Source: Myxococcota bacterium
GTDB taxonomy: Bacteria > Myxococcota > JACRCW01
Length of the DNA stretch: 27,398 bases
Direction: 5' to 3'
NCBI GenBank assembly: GCA_040752415.1
Contig: JBFMGU010000143.1
Location: forward strand, 1 to 27,398
Positions 18,174 through 27,398 of this stretch are shown here, one piece after another. The first letter of the stretch is position 1; every line of letters begins with the position of its first letter. The translations under genes were made by a program, and so were the position numbers. The notes beneath the pieces are model-generated. The model saw nothing but the letters and a program-made list of their open reading frames with translations. It was not told the DNA's origin and made no database searches.

Positions 18174-20981
18174 ATGTCGCGTCGCCACCTGCCCCACCGC
18201 CGGTCCCTCCCCGCCTTCCTGGCCTTGGCCCTTGCGGCCTGCTCCGGGTCCACCGGCGCCGGAGAGACCAGCTCGTCCTCCTCGTCGTCCTCCGGGGAGC
18301 CGGGTGGCCAGTCCAGCAGCTCGTCCTCGTCGTCCTCGTCGTCGTCTTCGGGGATCATCAGTGAGTCCTCCAGCGGCGGGTCCAGCTCGGGGGGCTCGTC
18401 GTCGTCGTCATCGTCGTCTTCCTCCAGCAGCTCTTCCTCCACCGGCGGGGGCGGAACCAGCACCTCCACGGATGGCAGCAGTGGCAGCGCCACGTCGTCG
18501 ACGTCGGGCTCCTCGTCGTCAGGGGGCACCAGCACGTCCAACAACTTCGGGGAGACCAGCAGCAGCTCCTCGTCCTCCGGCGGCGGCACCGGTTTCTGCG
18601 GTGACGGCGTGGTGGGCGGCCTGGAGGAATGCGACGACGGCAACAGCGACGACACCGACGCCTGCCGCTCCGACTGCCTCAACGCGCGCTGCGGTGACGG
18701 ATTCCTCTACCCCGACGCAGAGGAATGCGACGACGGCAACACCGTGGACAGCGACGCGTGCACCACCGAGTGCCGCAACGCCCGCTGCGGCGACGGCCAC
18801 CTCTTCCTGCTGGAGGAGCTGTGCGACGACGGCAACGACGTGGACACCGACGACTGCACCAACAGCTGCAATCCCGCGCGGTGCGGCGACGGCATCACCC
18901 ACGCCAACGTGGAGCCGTGCGACGACGGAAACACCGACGACAGTGACGCCTGCCTGGTTGGCTGCGTGCTGGCCCAGTGCGGCGACGGCTACATCCACCG
19001 CGGCGTGGAGCAGTGCGACACCGGCAACAGCGTAGGCACGCCCGGCAACCTGTGCGGCGCCACCTGCCAGTTCGACCCGCCGCGCGCCGGCGACCTGGAG
19101 CCCAACGACACGCCCGAGACCGCCACGCCGCTGGAGGACTTTGGCGGAGCCATTGGCGCCATCCAGCCCGCCACCGACGTGGACACGTACACGCTGGTCC
19201 TGGCCCAGGAATCCCACGTGCTCATTGGCACCTCGGACGCCGCGGGCGGCTGTCCTCCTGGCGCGGACACCGTGATCTACCTGCTGGATGAACAAGGTGA
19301 ACGAATCACCGAGGATGACGACTACGGCCCGGGGAATTGTTCCCTCATTGACTACGAGGCCGACGTCGACGCGCGCTTCCTGCGGCCGGGCACGTACTCC
19401 ATCCAGGTGTCCGCCTACAGCAGCGCAACCCGGGAGCCCGTCGAGATCCCGTTCTATTCGCTGGATGTGACGCTTGTGACCAGCGGCTGTGGCGACGGAT
19501 TCCTGGGCGCTGCCGAGGTGTGCGACGACGGCAACACCGTGGATGGCGACGGATGCAGCGCCGCGTGCACCCTGGAGCGCGTGGTCACGCTGGAGTCCGA
19601 GCCCAATGACGCCGTGGAGAGCGCCAACCCGCTCGACCCCGGCAGTGACGCGTTCGTGGGTCACATCACGCCCGCCGGTGACGCGGACTACTACGTCGTC
19701 GACGCCACGTACGGGGCCAACGGCATCCGCGCGGAGACGTCCGACGGGACGGGCGGCTGTCCATTTGACACCTACCTGGAGCTGCTGGACGGCGCGGGCA
19801 ACGTGCTGGCTGAGGATGACCAGGACGGCCCGGGAAGCTGCTCACTGATTGCGCCGCAGAACGACACGGGCGCGTACGGCCTGCCCACCGGCGTCTACTA
19901 CCTGCGCGTCACGCACTGGTACTCCACCGGGACCGGCGGCCCCTACGTGCTCACCACGCAGGTCAGCGAGGCGCGCTGTGGCGACGGCATCCGCGGCATG
20001 AACGAGCAGTGCGACGACGGCAACGCGGTGGAGGGCGACGGCTGCTCCAGCGCGTGCGAGGTGGACTTTGCGATCACCGCGGAGGTGGAGCCCAACAACA
20101 CGCGCGCCAGCGCCAACCCGCTGGACGAAGGCACGCTGGGCTGGTCCGGCGCCATCACCCCGGCGGGCGACGTGGACTTCTTCTTCATCCGCCTCAGCAC
20201 CAGCGGCATGGGCATCCGCGCGGAGACCTCCGACGGGTTCGGCGGCTGTCCCTTCAACACCAAGCTGGAGCTGCAGAACAGCGCCGGCACCGTGCTGGTC
20301 TCCGACGACCAGGACGGGCCGGGGGACTGCTCGCGGATTGATCCGGTCGTCGACAGCGCGGCCTTTGGTCTGCCCGCGGGCAACTACTTCCTCAAGGTCA
20401 GCCACAGCTCCGCCACCTCCGTGGGCGGCGGCTACTTCCTGTTCGTGGAGCTGGTGAGCCCCGGTTGTGGCCAGGGCATCCGGGAGTCGGGTGAGGCCTG
20501 TGACGACGGAAACACCACGCTGGGCGACGGTTGTGACGCGCAGTGCCAGCAGGAGCCCAACACCGCGGAGACCGAGCCCAACGGCACCTCCGTGGCGTCG
20601 GAGAGCCGTGCGGTGGCCAACACCACCACGGGCCCCCACCTGCTGTTCTCCGGCGACATCACGGCGGACGACCATGACTGGTACCGGGTGGACCTGACCT
20701 CGCCGGCCTCCCTGCGCGCGGAGACCATTGGCCTGGACCTCACCACCTGTCCCGGCGACACCTACCTGGAGCTGTGGGATGAGGCCGGCACCTCCCGCCT
20801 GACCTATGACGACGACGATGGCGTGGGAACCTGCTCCCTGATCAACGGGACGGGCGCCGCTCCGGCGGATGCCGCCGCCTCCAACCTGCCCGCGGGCGCG
20901 TACTACCTGCACGTCCGAGGCTTCAGCGGCACAACCACGCTCACGGACTACCTGCTGCGGATCTCGCTCGAGGCGCAGTGA
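18174..20981 (+). CDS. Large lipoprotein: Ser/Gly linker, 8 Myxococcus Cys-rich repeats (DUF4215-like) and 4 PPC-like beta-sandwich domains
   Basis: Lipobox LALAAC; CGDG...ECDDGN repeats; four domains starting EPN[DNG] and containing D.D.[YFW] and DD.DG.G.CS.I-like motifs. Confidence 0.9.
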   Translation: MSRRHLPHRRSLPAFLALALAACSGSTGAGETSSSSSSSSGEPGGQSSSSSSSSSSSSSGIISESSSGGSSSGGSSSSSSSSSSSSSSSTGGGGTSTSTDGSSGSATSSTSGSSSSGGTSTSNNFGETSSSSSSSGGGTGFCGDGVVGGLEECDDGNSDDTDACRSDCLNARCGDGFLYPDAEECDDGNTVDSDACTTECRNARCGDGHLFLLEELCDDGNDVDTDDCTNSCNPARCGDGITHANVEPCDDGNTDDSDACLVGCVLAQCGDGYIHRGVEQCDTGNSVGTPGNLCGATCQFDPPRAGDLEPNDTPETATPLEDFGGAIGAIQPATDVDTYTLVLAQESHVLIGTSDAAGGCPPGADTVIYLLDEQGERITEDDDYGPGNCSLIDYEADVDARFLRPGTYSIQVSAYSSATREPVEIPFYSLDVTLVTSGCGDGFLGAAEVCDDGNTVDGDGCSAACTLERVVTLESEPNDAVESANPLDPGSDAFVGHITPAGDADYYVVDATYGANGIRAETSDGTGGCPFDTYLELLDGAGNVLAEDDQDGPGSCSLIAPQNDTGAYGLPTGVYYLRVTHWYSTGTGGPYVLTTQVSEARCGDGIRGMNEQCDDGNAVEGDGCSSACEVDFAITAEVEPNNTRASANPLDEGTLGWSGAITPAGDVDFFFIRLSTSGMGIRAETSDGFGGCPFNTKLELQNSAGTVLVSDDQDGPGDCSRIDPVVDSAAFGLPAGNYFLKVSHSSATSVGGGYFLFVELVSPGCGQGIRESGEACDDGNTTLGDGCDAQCQQEPNTAETEPNGTSVASESRAVANTTTGPHLLFSGDITADDHDWYRVDLTSPASLRAETIGLDLTTCPGDTYLELWDEAGTSRLTYDDDDGVGTCSLINGTGAAPADAAASNLPAGAYYLHVRGFSGTTTLTDYLLRISLEAQ

Positions 20982-20993
20982 GGAGGATTCACC

Positions 20994-21236
20994 ATGATGA
21001 AGAGCCCCCTGCTCAGACTCACGCAGAACGGAAAGACCGTTGGTGTGCGCGCCGACGTCATCCTGGCCGTGGTGCCGCAGACGGAAGGTCGTGGCGGCAG
21101 CATCCTGCACATTGGTGGGCGTGGCGACACGCGCAGCATTACCGTGACCGAGGAGCCGGAGCAGGTCCTGGCCCTCATGGACGACGTGCTGGGCTTTGCC
21201 AACCGCCCCATCCGCGCTCCCAACACGCTGGCGTGA
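20994..21236 (+). CDS. Small protein, FlbD/SwrD-like pattern (80 aa)
   Basis: GAGGAGG RBS; LLRLTQNGKTVGVRADVILAV...SITVTEEPEQVLALM resembles the FlbD family; GTGA overlap with the next gene. Confidence 0.65.
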   Translation: MMKSPLLRLTQNGKTVGVRADVILAVVPQTEGRGGSILHIGGRGDTRSITVTEEPEQVLALMDDVLGFANRPIRAPNTLA

Positions 21237-22018
21237 CGACCGTGAAGCAGAAGATCCTCTCCATCTGGGTGTGGGGCGCGGCGGTCACGGTGATCGTGTC
21301 GTGGACGGGCGTGGTGGGCGGCGTGAGGCTGCTGACCTTCCCGATTGATCCCAGGCGTCGCCTGACCAGCCGCGTCTTCCACTGGGGCTCACACCTGGTG
21401 GCGTGGGCGCATCCCTACTGGCACCACCGCATCACCGGGAAGCTCCCCCACGACGTCAACCAGGGCTACGTGGTGGTCTGCAACCACGAGTCCCACGCCG
21501 ACAGCGTCCTCATCAACCACCTGCCGCTGGACGCGCGCTGGTTGGCCAAGAAGGAGATCATGGACATCCCCTTCTTGGGCTGGATGATGCGCATGGCCGG
21601 CGACATCTCCGTCAAGCGCGGCGACCAGGACAGCGGTCGTCACGCCATGGAGCAGATGGCGGAGTACCTGCGGCAAGGCGTCAGCGTGTTCCTCTTCCCC
21701 GAGGGCACACGCAGCACCACCGGCGAGCTGGGCGCGTTCAAGAGTGGCGCGTTCAAGCTGGCCATCGAGACGCAGCGCCCCATCCTCCCCATGGTCCTCA
21801 CCGGCTGCGGCGAGGCGCTTCCCAAGGGCGGCTGGGTGCTGGGCGGTGCGGAGTCGCACGCGCGGCTGCACATCATGGAGCCCATCCCCACCCAGGGCCT
21901 CACCCTCGACGACGTGGAGAAGCTGCGTGACGAGGTGCGCGAGAAGATGATTGCCGCACGAAGGGCCCTCATGGCGGAGCAGCCCGAGCCCGCCGGTGCG
22001 GTGACCCAGGCCGCTTGA
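21233..22018 (+). CDS. plsC: 1-acyl-sn-glycerol-3-phosphate acyltransferase family protein
   Basis: NHESHAD (NHx4D), WLAKKEI, FPEGTRS, FKSGAFKLA; GTG start at 21233 (21242 also possible). Confidence 0.88.
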   Translation: MTTVKQKILSIWVWGAAVTVIVSWTGVVGGVRLLTFPIDPRRRLTSRVFHWGSHLVAWAHPYWHHRITGKLPHDVNQGYVVVCNHESHADSVLINHLPLDARWLAKKEIMDIPFLGWMMRMAGDISVKRGDQDSGRHAMEQMAEYLRQGVSVFLFPEGTRSTTGELGAFKSGAFKLAIETQRPILPMVLTGCGEALPKGGWVLGGAESHARLHIMEPIPTQGLTLDDVEKLRDEVREKMIAARRALMAEQPEPAGAVTQAA

Positions 22019-23608
22019 TCACCAGGTGAGCGCGCCGGTCTCGTCGAGCGCGAGCACGAACTCCCCCACCATCCGCCCCTGGTCCTGCAGCCCCCTGGGC
22101 GTGGCCACCGACGCCAGCGCGCCCCGCGCACGATCCATCAGCGTGGCGTCCGACGTCAGGCGCGACACCAGCGCCAGGAAGCGCGCCGCCGTCACGTTGT
22201 GCGCAAATGGCTTGTCCCGACGTGCGAACACGCCCGCGGCGGCGGGATCCTCGGTGTGGTCGTAGAAACCGCCGGATTTCTCGTCGGAGAACGAGGCCAC
22301 CAGGTTCCGCGCCACGCGCACCGCCGCATCCCGGTAGCGCGCTTCCCCCGTGGCCTGGGCCAGCAACGCGAGCGCGCGCCCCAGCGCGGCAGCGTCGGCG
22401 AGGAAACGCGGTTGATCGGGATTGTCGGCGGCACGACGGACGCTGCCGTCCTCACGCACGTGGGTCCGCAGCATGACGTCGGCGGCGCGGCGAGCGCGGG
22501 CCAGCGCTTTCTCGTCGTGGGCGGCCTCGTAGAGCACCGTGAGCGCGGCAATGGCCAACCCGTTCTCCCGGGCATAGACGTGGGTGTCCACCCAGGGCGT
22601 GCCGAGGGCGCGGCGCTTGGCGTCGGGGAGCGCGTAGTAGGTGTGCCCGTCGACAAACTTCGCGGCGCGGTCATGCGCGCCCACGTCGGCGTCCTGGTTC
22701 ACGTAGAACGTGCCCTCCGGCGAGGTCAGGAAGCGCTCCATGTACGACGAGATGGCCTGCGCGTCCTTCAGCAGCGTCGCGTCGCCGGAGACCTGGTAGG
22801 CGCGTGCGAACGCTTCCAGCGACGACGCCTGGATGGTCATCAGCTTCTCGAAGTGCGGTGATTTCCAGCTCCCGCCCGTGGAGTACTGGTAGACCCCACC
22901 CCACACCGGGTCCATGATCGCGCGGGCCTGCTGCAGCGTGAACGTGGCTCGCTTGAGGGCACCCGGATCACCGCGCTGGTGACGACGGAGCTCCACCTCC
23001 ACGTTGGCCCCCACCAGCAGCTTCTGGCGACGTCCCCATCCACCCAGCTCGGCGTCGTAGAAACCGTCGAGGTCATGGATGACGCGCGTGCCAATCCACC
23101 CCAGCGCAGCGACGGGTGCCGGGCTCCTGTCCGCCGACAACGCGTGCGCGGCCAGTTCTTTCGCTTGTTCCGCGCGCTCCACGGCGCGCAGGATCTCCAC
23201 CATCTGCTCCGCCGGCATGTAGCCGCGGTACTTGCCCAGCTCCTCGGCGTCGGGGGAGAGGATGACCGTGGCGGGCCAACCCCAGTCGGAATAGCGCTCC
23301 ATGAGGTCGGGGCGGGAGTCGATGTCCACGCGGATGGCGACGAACCGCTCGCTGATGATGCGGCCCACCTCGGGGTCCCGGTAGGTGGTCTCCTCCATCA
23401 CGTGGCACCAGTGACACCACTCCGCGGCGCCATGGAACAGGATGTGGCGCTTCTCGCGCTTGGCGCGGTCAAACGTCTCCTTGCTCCACGGATTCCAACT
23501 GAAGAGCTGCGCCTGTTGCTTCTGGCGCGCCTTGGAGATGTCTTCCTTGTCCGTCGGAGATGCGCCCACCAGCGCCAGCAACGCCGCCGAGAATGCCCAC
23601 CGCAGCAT
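22019..23608 (-). CDS. DUF255/YyaL (SSP411)-like thioredoxin-domain protein with helical barrel and N-terminal signal peptide
   Basis: WNPWSKETFDRAKREK, AEWCHWCHVMEETTY, GWPATVILSP, GGVYQYST...PHFEKL. Confidence 0.88.
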   Translation of the reverse strand: MLRWAFSAALLALVGASPTDKEDISKARQKQQAQLFSWNPWSKETFDRAKREKRHILFHGAAEWCHWCHVMEETTYRDPEVGRIISERFVAIRVDIDSRPDLMERYSDWGWPATVILSPDAEELGKYRGYMPAEQMVEILRAVERAEQAKELAAHALSADRSPAPVAALGWIGTRVIHDLDGFYDAELGGWGRRQKLLVGANVEVELRRHQRGDPGALKRATFTLQQARAIMDPVWGGVYQYSTGGSWKSPHFEKLMTIQASSLEAFARAYQVSGDATLLKDAQAISSYMERFLTSPEGTFYVNQDADVGAHDRAAKFVDGHTYYALPDAKRRALGTPWVDTHVYARENGLAIAALTVLYEAAHDEKALARARRAADVMLRTHVREDGSVRRAADNPDQPRFLADAAALGRALALLAQATGEARYRDAAVRVARNLVASFSDEKSGGFYDHTEDPAAAGVFARRDKPFAHNVTAARFLALVSRLTSDATLMDRARGALASVATPRGLQDQGRMVGEFVLALDETGALTW

Positions 23609-23614
23609 GTGACC

Positions 23615-25051
23615 TCACCCCCGGCGTCGACGCATTCCCGCGCCCACCGCCACCAAGAGCCCGCACACTCCCCACCACGCGCCACCTTCCGTCGTCACCG
23701 ACTGCGCGCTGCAGCTTGGCGGGGAACCGTTGCCCGCATCGCTCGACGACGCACCAGCGTCGAGAGCCGCCGTCCCCGAGCTCGACGACGCACCGGTCCC
23801 CGAGCTGCTGCTCACCCCGCCGCTGCTGCTCGCGGCCCCGGAGCTGGATGAGGACGAAGCGGACGAGGACGACGACGCGGCACCGGACGTGGTTCCCGCC
23901 GACGAAGACGAGCTGGAGGCTCCAGACGTGGACGAGCCCGCGCAGAACAATCTGACGGTCTCGCTGGCGGTGTCGCCGAACCATTGCACGCCCTCGCGCA
24001 CCATGCGCCAGTCGGTGATGGCCTCACCCTCGGAGCCCGGGTTGACGAGCGTGAAGGTGAAGGTCTTCTCCTCGCCGGGAGCCACGGAGTCGGTCTCGTC
24101 GAGCAACACCCGGGGATCGCCGCTGATGAGCGAATCGGAGTCGTCCACGGCGCCCAGCTTGTATCCGAGCGACCGCGTCCACGTGGTGGTCCCGGTGTTG
24201 CGCACGGTGACGGTGGCCTGGACCGTCTCTCCACACTGGATGTCCGGTGGCAGCGTGTGATCGACGACGACAGCGTTGTCTTCCGGAGTCGTGAGCGTTC
24301 CTTCGTCGGTGACCTCGCCGCCGCCGCTGCACGTGGCCAACGCACCCTCCAGGCCATCAATGACCACGTCGGAGAACACCGCACCAATGGGCAGTGACGA
24401 CGTGTCCAGCGCGGACGCACGTGGATTCCCCAGCACGAAGTGCAGCGTGTCCGGCCCAAACGCGAGCCCGCTGCCCAACCAGTCCACGTTCACCACCTCG
24501 ACGCCGTCCTTGTACAGGCGGGTCATGCCCGCGCCCCACTCGATGCGCAGGCGCGCCGCGGTGCCGTCCCACGACGTGTCCGTGGTGAAGGGCTCCTCGA
24601 AGAATGAACCGCAGCCGCACGCGTCGTAGCCGGGCGCGCCGGAGGGGCACATGCCCCACATCAGCTTCACGCCGCCCTCACGACCCGTCTCCGCGGCGCC
24701 GTAGATGCGGATGAGGCACTTGTAGTGGTTGTTGCGGAATGCCGGGCTGTAGTTGATGGGCTCGGAGATGCCGTAGCCCGCCTCGTACATGCCGAAGATC
24801 TCGTAGTCGTTGGTGACGAGGTTCTGCAGGGAGACGCCGCTCACCGTGAACTCGATGGAGCCCGTGACCAGGCGCGGCAGCGCGTACCAGATGCGGTCGT
24901 TCTCGTCGGTGACGCGCCAGCCGTTGGCCTCCAAAGCGCCGCCAACCTGGTTGCCCACCGTGGTCCCGTTCAGCGGATCCACCACGTGATACGCGCGGGC
25001 GGGAAGCGCGCCGAGCAGCGTCAACGTCGTCACCACCAGCCACCGCATCAT
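23615..25051 (-). CDS. Secreted protein with unknown N-terminal domain, NBR1-like Ig domain, Ser-rich linker and MYXO-CTERM-like tail
   Basis: Signal MMRWLVVTTLTLLGALPARA; VTVRNTGTTTW...VAPGEEKTFTFTL...WRMVREGVQWFG; tail SCSAQ...AWWGVCGLLVAVGAGMRRRRG; ATGA overlap with the upstream gene. Confidence 0.85.
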   Translation of the reverse strand: MMRWLVVTTLTLLGALPARAYHVVDPLNGTTVGNQVGGALEANGWRVTDENDRIWYALPRLVTGSIEFTVSGVSLQNLVTNDYEIFGMYEAGYGISEPINYSPAFRNNHYKCLIRIYGAAETGREGGVKLMWGMCPSGAPGYDACGCGSFFEEPFTTDTSWDGTAARLRIEWGAGMTRLYKDGVEVVNVDWLGSGLAFGPDTLHFVLGNPRASALDTSSLPIGAVFSDVVIDGLEGALATCSGGGEVTDEGTLTTPEDNAVVVDHTLPPDIQCGETVQATVTVRNTGTTTWTRSLGYKLGAVDDSDSLISGDPRVLLDETDSVAPGEEKTFTFTLVNPGSEGEAITDWRMVREGVQWFGDTASETVRLFCAGSSTSGASSSSSSAGTTSGAASSSSSASSSSSSGAASSSGGVSSSSGTGASSSSGTAALDAGASSSDAGNGSPPSCSAQSVTTEGGAWWGVCGLLVAVGAGMRRRRG

Positions 25052-25515
25052 GGCACCACCTCCTCGACGACACGCGTGCCGACGCGCGGACGCAACACCC
25101 ACTGCAGGACCCGCCCCTGCCAATCCACCGGCAACGCCAACCACGTGGCGGCCAGCAAGGAGCCCACACCGCGCCACCCCTCCGACCAACCTGGCTCCGC
25201 CCAGAAGCGCGGCAGGTGATCCACCGCGGGAACCAGGTGCGCCACGACGAGAACCGTGGTCGCCAGCTGCACCACCACGCGCCGACGCTGCCACAACACC
25301 TGGATGCGACCCACCAGCCACGGCACCGGCAGCAGGTAGATGACGACGGCAGCGAGCGCGCCGAACCCCTTCCACGCCTCCGTGAGCGACGGATTGTCGA
25401 CGAAGAGCCCGAGGTGCTTGGCCGCCGGAAACGAGTGCGCCCACGCGAGCACCAGCGTGACGAGACGCAGCCAACCGCCGCGGCGCAGCAGGGACAGCAT
25501 GGCTCCTAGGTACAC
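25048..25515 (-). CDS. Hypothetical membrane protein
   Basis: About four hydrophobic segments with an apparent internal duplication (AH.[FV]PA..HL..F...P...E.W[KR]G.G); fills the gap between co-oriented genes. Start could be ATG 25500. Confidence 0.75.
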   Translation of the reverse strand: MYLGAMLSLLRRGGWLRLVTLVLAWAHSFPAAKHLGLFVDNPSLTEAWKGFGALAAVVIYLLPVPWLVGRIQVLWQRRRVVVQLATTVLVVAHLVPAVDHLPRFWAEPGWSEGWRGVGSLLAATWLALPVDWQGRVLQWVLRPRVGTRVVEEVVP

Positions 25516-25524
25516 CGCGCGCGT

Positions 25525-26115
25525 TCAGGGCCCAAGCGCTTCCGCCGCCACGATGACGCCGTGCTCCAGCACCACCCGGAAGGGCACCGCGTTGGGCACC
25601 GCGCTGGGACGACCCGGTCCGGGCTTCCACACGTTGCCAATCAGGGAACGCATGACGCCGCCGTGGGTCACCACCAGGATGGTGCGCTCGACGGTGGCGT
25701 GCACCAGCCTGTTCCGCACCGCGTGCAACGTGCGCTGGCCCACCTCCTCCAGCGTTTCCGCGCCGGGCACCCTCGTCGTGCGGTCATCCATGTAGGCCGC
25801 GTGGTGCTGGGGATAGCGCTCCGAGACCTCCTGCCACGTCAGCCCCTCGAAGATCCCGAAGCAGCGCTCCCGCAGTGCCGGATCGACGTCGACACGGATG
25901 CCCAGCGTGTGCGCCACGATGTCGGCGGTCTCGCGCGCGCGGCTCAGGTCACTGCTGATGGTGTGACCAATGGGGTGTTCCCGCAGGAGCTCCGCGGCGC
26001 GGCGGGCCTGCTCGCGGCCCTTCTCGTTGAGCGGAGTGTCGGTGTGGCCTTGCAGGCGCCCCGCGGCATTCCAGTCCGTCTCGCCGTGTCGCAGCAGGTA
26101 GATCGTGCGCTTCAC
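25525..26115 (-). CDS. Histidine phosphatase (phosphoglycerate mutase family)
   Basis: LLRHGETDWN, SSDLSRARETA, LRERCFGIFEG, LVVTHGG. Confidence 0.93.
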   Translation of the reverse strand: MKRTIYLLRHGETDWNAAGRLQGHTDTPLNEKGREQARRAAELLREHPIGHTISSDLSRARETADIVAHTLGIRVDVDPALRERCFGIFEGLTWQEVSERYPQHHAAYMDDRTTRVPGAETLEEVGQRTLHAVRNRLVHATVERTILVVTHGGVMRSLIGNVWKPGPGRPSAVPNAVPFRVVLEHGVIVAAEALGP

Positions 26116-26136
26116 CGCCCTGCCCTCGTCCGTGCT

Positions 26137-26883
26137 TCAGCTTCCCAGCAGGTCCCGCCAGGCCTTGCGGTTGACCTGCTTGTTCACACTGGCAATCGAC
26201 GTCGTCAGCGGCAAGCCGACGGGACACACGCGCACGCAGTTCTGCGCATTGCCACAGTCGGAGACGCCGCCGGGCTCCATCATCGCCTCCAGTCGACGCA
26301 CGGCCTGCATCTCGCCGGTGGGGTGCAGGTTGGCCACGCGCACCTCGTGGACCGGCGCCGCACCCACGAAGCTGGTCTGCTTCCCGTAGTTGGGACACGC
26401 CTCCAGGCACGCGCCGCACCCCGTGCAACGGGACAGAATCTCGCGCTCCAACGCCAGCTCGGCGGACTGCCGCGGTCCGGGCCCCAGGTCCTCGAGTCCG
26501 TCGACGGACACCCACGGCTTCACGTGCTGCATCTGCTCACGCACGCGGCTGCGGTCCACCACCAGGTCCCTGACGACGGGAAACTTGTGCAACGGCGCCA
26601 GCACCACCGGCTCTTCCAGCTCGTCCACGCGCACGCTGCACGCCTGGGTGGGCCACCCGTTGACGTTCACGGCGCAGCTTCCGCAGGTGTCCTGCAGGCA
26701 GGAGGCCTGGAAGGCCACGGGGGTGGTGGTCTTTCCGTCGCTGGTGACGGGATTGGCCTGGATGTGCAGCAGGCACGACATCACCGTCATCCCCGGCGTG
26801 AAGGGCACCGAGAAGGTCTCCATCCTCGAGGGGGATTGCGGGCCGTCCTGCCGCTGGATGCGGATGATGATGGCGTCACTCAT
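26137..26883 (-). CDS. sdhB: Succinate dehydrogenase/fumarate reductase iron-sulfur subunit
   Basis: CLQDTCGSC...QAC (2Fe-2S), CTGCGACLEACP and CGNAQNCVRVCP clusters; FPVVRDLVVDRS. Confidence 0.88.
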   Translation of the reverse strand: MSDAIIIRIQRQDGPQSPSRMETFSVPFTPGMTVMSCLLHIQANPVTSDGKTTTPVAFQASCLQDTCGSCAVNVNGWPTQACSVRVDELEEPVVLAPLHKFPVVRDLVVDRSRVREQMQHVKPWVSVDGLEDLGPGPRQSAELALEREILSRCTGCGACLEACPNYGKQTSFVGAAPVHEVRVANLHPTGEMQAVRRLEAMMEPGGVSDCGNAQNCVRVCPVGLPLTTSIASVNKQVNRKAWRDLLGS

Positions 26884-27398
26884 GGGCGCGCGGCTCCTGG
26901 TGCGGTTGCGCGGGCGGCGGAGTTTCCGTCGGAGGAGTCTCTTCCACGGGCTTCTCCGCTTCCTTCGCGGGCGGCTGTTTCTCGTCGGAGGGCTTGGGTT
27001 TTTCCGCCTTGGGAGGTGGCTTGACGAACAGGTACGGAATCTGCGGGAGCGGGAGATTCGGCCACATCGTCGTGGGCTCGCGGTATCCCGCCAACGGCCC
27101 GACGAAATCCCACACCGGGTGCTCCGACCTGCGCGCCGGGACGAACAGGATCTCGTCGATCATGACGACGACGGCGGCCACCAGCGTTCCCACCAGTCCC
27201 AGCAGCGTCACCGCGCCGCCGACGGGAAGCAGCACGCGGGACCGGTCATAGTTCTCACGCGCCGCCTGTGTGCGCGCCGCCCGCTCCCGCTCCGCCTCGA
27301 CGCTGGTGTCGGCGCGGAGGCTGTCCGCGGAGGCCTGCTGCTGACGTCCCCACAGGATGAGCCCCGTGCCCAGCCCGCCAATCCCCAACCCCACGACG
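26876..27398 (-). CDS. Hypothetical membrane protein, C-terminal part (start is beyond the right edge)
   Basis: Open frame with two hydrophobic segments and a Pro/Glu/Lys-rich tail; its stop overlaps the sdhB start. Confidence 0.7.
   Translation of the reverse strand, partial: VVGLGIGGLGTGLILWGRQQQASADSLRADTSVEAERERAARTQAARENYDRSRVLLPVGGAVTLLGLVGTLVAAVVVMIDEILFVPARRSEHPVWDFVGPLAGYREPTTMWPNLPLPQIPYLFVKPPPKAEKPKPSDEKQPPAKEAEKPVEETPPTETPPPAQPHQEPRAHE

Noticed and set aside
18059..18682. Acidic DDEEDE-rich N-terminus of ORF 17414..18682
   Set aside because: Reverse-strand reading of the poly-Ser linker of the lipoprotein; the real start is likely 18058.
18590..19080. Regularly spaced repeats resembling a CRISPR-like array
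   Set aside because: Repeats are degenerate, in frame and encode CGDG...CDDGN protein repeats; no cas genes in view.
25052..25630. N-terminal 193 aa of ORF 23615..25630
   Set aside because: Overlaps two better-supported genes; a signal peptide begins at 25051.

Overview
GC-rich bacterial DNA, most likely Myxococcota (inferred from two MYXO-CTERM-like sorting tails, Myxococcus-type CGDG...ECDDGN repeats, DUF4388 and a vWA lipoprotein). The window has two parts. (A) 1-9428 looks like the right arm of an element integrated at a tRNA gene. It ends in a 23-bp tRNA 3' fragment (TTCGATTCCCGCTGGGATCACCA, 9406-9428) followed by a strong terminator. A minus-strand frame runs through this core and continues 85 codons into the element, as expected for the cut-off C-terminus of an integrase whose gene contains attP. 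Inside the element are a leftward operon of virion-like genes (an M23 peptidase with a Gly/Ala-rich tail and a protein with three Leu-rich motifs), a divergent ribbon-helix-helix regulator with four CGTAnTACG palindromes, a frameshifted XRE regulator, a lone receiver domain, and three Cys-rich lipoprotein cargo genes that are all frameshifted. (B) 9612-27398 is intact host chromosome: tpx, a Nudix hydrolase, a DUF4388 protein, korAB, surface/secreted proteins, a PlsC-family acyltransferase, a YyaL-like protein, a histidine phosphatase and an sdhB-like gene with no adjacent sdhA. No integrase catalytic domain, capsid gene, complete tRNA or CRISPR array is visible, so the element class is inference only. 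All product calls come from motif recognition by eye, not database searches.
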